In this document: piece by piece, positions 4,305 through 5,986 of the stretch | Layout: every line of letters starts with the position of its first letter | How positions within the stretch are numbered: position 1 is the stretch's first letter | The notes under the pieces: generated by a model | What the model saw: only the letters and a program-made list of their open reading frames with translations | Databases searched by the model: none | What the model was told of the DNA's origin: nothing | DNA from: Caedimonas varicaedens | GTDB lineage: Bacteria > Pseudomonadota > Alphaproteobacteria > Caedimonadales > Caedimonadaceae | Length of the DNA: 5,986 nt | Direction: 5' to 3' | NCBI GenBank assembly: GCA_001192655.1 | Contig: BBVC01000068.1 | Location: forward strand, 1-5,986 | Translations under genes and position numbers: made by a program

Positions 4305-5986
4305 GTGTCACTATGTCGCTGTGCGTATTATTTCGTATTTTTTTTAATTTTCCCATTGACCTTTGCTTATCCAGAACAGGTTTGTGCTATACCGGAAGTC
4401 ACTGTTTATCCGTCACGTCTTGAAGAACAGACGGTTTGGGGGAAAAGCATTGATTCAGAGTCTCTTCAATTGATGCAGCAAGGCTCAGTGACAGAAGCCC
4501 TTAAACAAGTACCTGGGGTAACCGTAAATTCTTTGGGAAGTTATGCTCCCCTATCCTATATCAAGTTGCGTGGAGCCAACACGGAACATACCCAAGTTCG
4601 TCTTCTTGGCGTTGACGTCAATGATTCTTCGGGAGGAGGGCGCTTTGATTTCTCAAATATTTTTTCGGAAGATGCACAATCTCTTGTGGTGCGTAATTTC
4701 TCTGAGCTCTCTGCTATTGGTGGAGCTATTGACATTGAGCCACGCAAGGGATGTGGCAAGCCAGTGGCAACTTTCTTTGCAGAGGGAGGGTCTTACCAGA
4801 CGGGACGAACGCGCGCAGAACTTTCTGGATCGACGGCTCGACAGCATTACTTTATCAGCGGCAATCTTTTGAAGACTGGTACAGGCAAACTTAAAAATCA
4901 CTTGCATGGGAATACGGTTTCGGATCGGCGTTTGTCTGAAAACCTTAATGTCCGTCTTGGTCATCAGATGAACGATGTGTGGGGAACGGATTTTTATTTA
5001 TCTCAGAGTAAATCTCAATTTGATTTAAATCGTTTTGAAAATGGCCTTCCTTTTAAATCTGTCAATCATGGGGCTCATCAACATGGAATCATCATTCTAA
5101 AAAATCATTTACAAACTCTAGAAAACCGTTGGAATCACGATCTTATTCTTAATAGTGTAACCCATCGAAATGACTCTTCGGAGGACTCTAAAGATTATGT
5201 CAATAAAAATCACTCTTTGGGAGCGGCGTACAATACAAAAATTAAGATTTCTGAGCATCATCAAATCATGACAGCTTTGGGAATAGCCCAAGACAAGGTT
5301 AAATTATCTACTTCTGATGAGCATCAGATTAAAGCAGGGAGTGGTGAATTAACTTACAGGACAGATTTAATTTCTAAGCTTATTTTTGAAATGAAGGGAA
5401 GATTTGATCGTCATGATTTTTTTAAAACCCACGAGACTTACCTTGCCCATGCTAAATACTCTCTATGCCCTGAACTTGCTATTTTCAGCAGTTATGGAAC
5501 TTCTTTTCGAGTGCCAACAGCCTTTGATTTCTATACATCAGGACCTTCTTCAGTAGGAAACCCCAACCTTAAACCCATGACAAGCCGAAATTTTGAAATA
5601 GGGAGTGAAATTATTCCTTTTAAAGGCATTTCCTTGATGCTCACTTATTTTCGCCTTGATATCGACAACTTGCTTGCTACAATCACAACGCCTGCCGGGA
5701 AATTTCAACGTATCAATACAAGTCGTTTAAGCGAAGGATTGGAAACTTTTATTCGTTTTCGCGTAGACCCCAATATCCAAGTGCGTGTGGGGTATACTTT
5801 TACTCAAGCCGTTGATAAAGAGACCCAAAGAAGTTCTATTAAGGTTTCACGTCATCAAGTGAGTACAGGGATTCAAACAACCTATTTTAAAAATGCAACC
5901 TTATTTGCTGAGGGATTTTATCATAGTCCACGTCCTGATACTGCCTTTTTAAATAGTGGTCAGCAACGAATGAAGCTGTCTCCTTC
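4305..5986 (+). CDS. btuB: TonB-dependent outer-membrane cobalamin receptor, BtuB-like (partial; 3' end beyond the right window edge)
   Basis: The frame (codon starts divisible by 3) is open from 4305 to the window end, about 560 codons. The GTG start follows the SD. The N-terminus VSLCRCAYYFVFFLIFPLTFA/YPEQ is signal-peptide-like and IPEVTVYPSR is TonB-box-like. Plug motifs are present: LKQVPGVTV...YIKLRGANTEHTQVRLLGVDVND...AIGGAIDIEP. A barrel segment (FSSYGTSFRVPTAFDFY...GNPNLKPMTSRNFEIG...LTYFRLDIDNLL) parallels E. coli BtuB ([33 protein letters not shown]) as recalled from memory. The upstream cobalamin riboswitch supports the substrate call. It is missing from the ORF track because it has a non-ATG start and no stop inside the window. 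Confidence 0.85.
   Translation, partial: MSLCRCAYYFVFFLIFPLTFAYPEQVCAIPEVTVYPSRLEEQTVWGKSIDSESLQLMQQGSVTEALKQVPGVTVNSLGSYAPLSYIKLRGANTEHTQVRLLGVDVNDSSGGGRFDFSNIFSEDAQSLVVRNFSELSAIGGAIDIEPRKGCGKPVATFFAEGGSYQTGRTRAELSGSTARQHYFISGNLLKTGTGKLKNHLHGNTVSDRRLSENLNVRLGHQMNDVWGTDFYLSQSKSQFDLNRFENGLPFKSVNHGAHQHGIIILKNHLQTLENRWNHDLILNSVTHRNDSSEDSKDYVNKNHSLGAAYNTKIKISEHHQIMTALGIAQDKVKLSTSDEHQIKAGSGELTYRTDLISKLIFEMKGRFDRHDFFKTHETYLAHAKYSLCPELAIFSSYGTSFRVPTAFDFYTSGPSSVGNPNLKPMTSRNFEIGSEIIPFKGISLMLTYFRLDIDNLLATITTPAGKFQRINTSRLSEGLETFIRFRVDPNIQVRVGYTFTQAVDKETQRSSIKVSRHQVSTGIQTTYFKNATLFAEGFYHSPRPDTAFLNSGQQRMKLSP

Noticed and set aside
4003-4356. 117-aa minus-strand ORF (MGKLKKIRNN...)
   Set aside because: It lies antisense across the whole cobalamin riboswitch, the btuB Shine-Dalgarno and the btuB start. 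Its openness is explained by the G+C-rich structured RNA. It has no SD and an odd Arg/Cys-rich composition.
4543-4964. Track ORFs 4543-4872(+), 4556-4759(-) and 4653-4964(-)
   Set aside because: They lie inside the btuB-like reading frame in other frames or on the other strand. The btuB frame carries clear TonB-dependent receptor motifs, and these ORFs have none.
1-5986. CRISPR arrays, tRNA/rRNA genes, toxin-antitoxin pairs or multi-gene defence systems
   Set aside because: Scanning by eye on both strands found no regularly spaced repeats, no tRNA-like T-arm or acceptor signatures and no small paired ORFs. The window has only one intact complete gene, so no operon-level system can be supported.

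Overview
This is an AT-rich window from a Gram-negative genome, in an accessory, IS-scarred context. I can support five main elements. (1) 1-254, minus strand: the N-terminal HTH part of an IS630-family transposase, cut by the left window edge and absent from the ORF track. (2) 308-2515, minus strand: a 735-aa orphan ORF with a signal-peptide-like N-terminus, a roughly 120-residue Lys/Glu/Gln-rich coiled coil and a large C-terminal region I cannot assign to a family. (3) About 2687-3702, plus strand: a heavily decayed IS1380-family transposase pseudogene, which track ORFs 2974-3252, 3194-3385 and 3469-3666 split into fragments. (4) About 4031-4210, plus strand: a textbook cobalamin (B12) riboswitch with a perfect B12 box, preceded by a candidate extended -10 promoter. 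(5) 4305-5986, plus strand: a GTG-initiated TonB-dependent cobalamin receptor (btuB-like) that runs off the right edge and is also absent from the ORF track. The other track ORFs are antisense or out-of-frame shadows. The item most worth follow-up is the orphan 735-aa secreted coiled-coil protein sitting alone between two unrelated IS elements. I could not recognise a defined multi-gene system in this window. All family assignments come from motif recognition by eye, not from database searches.
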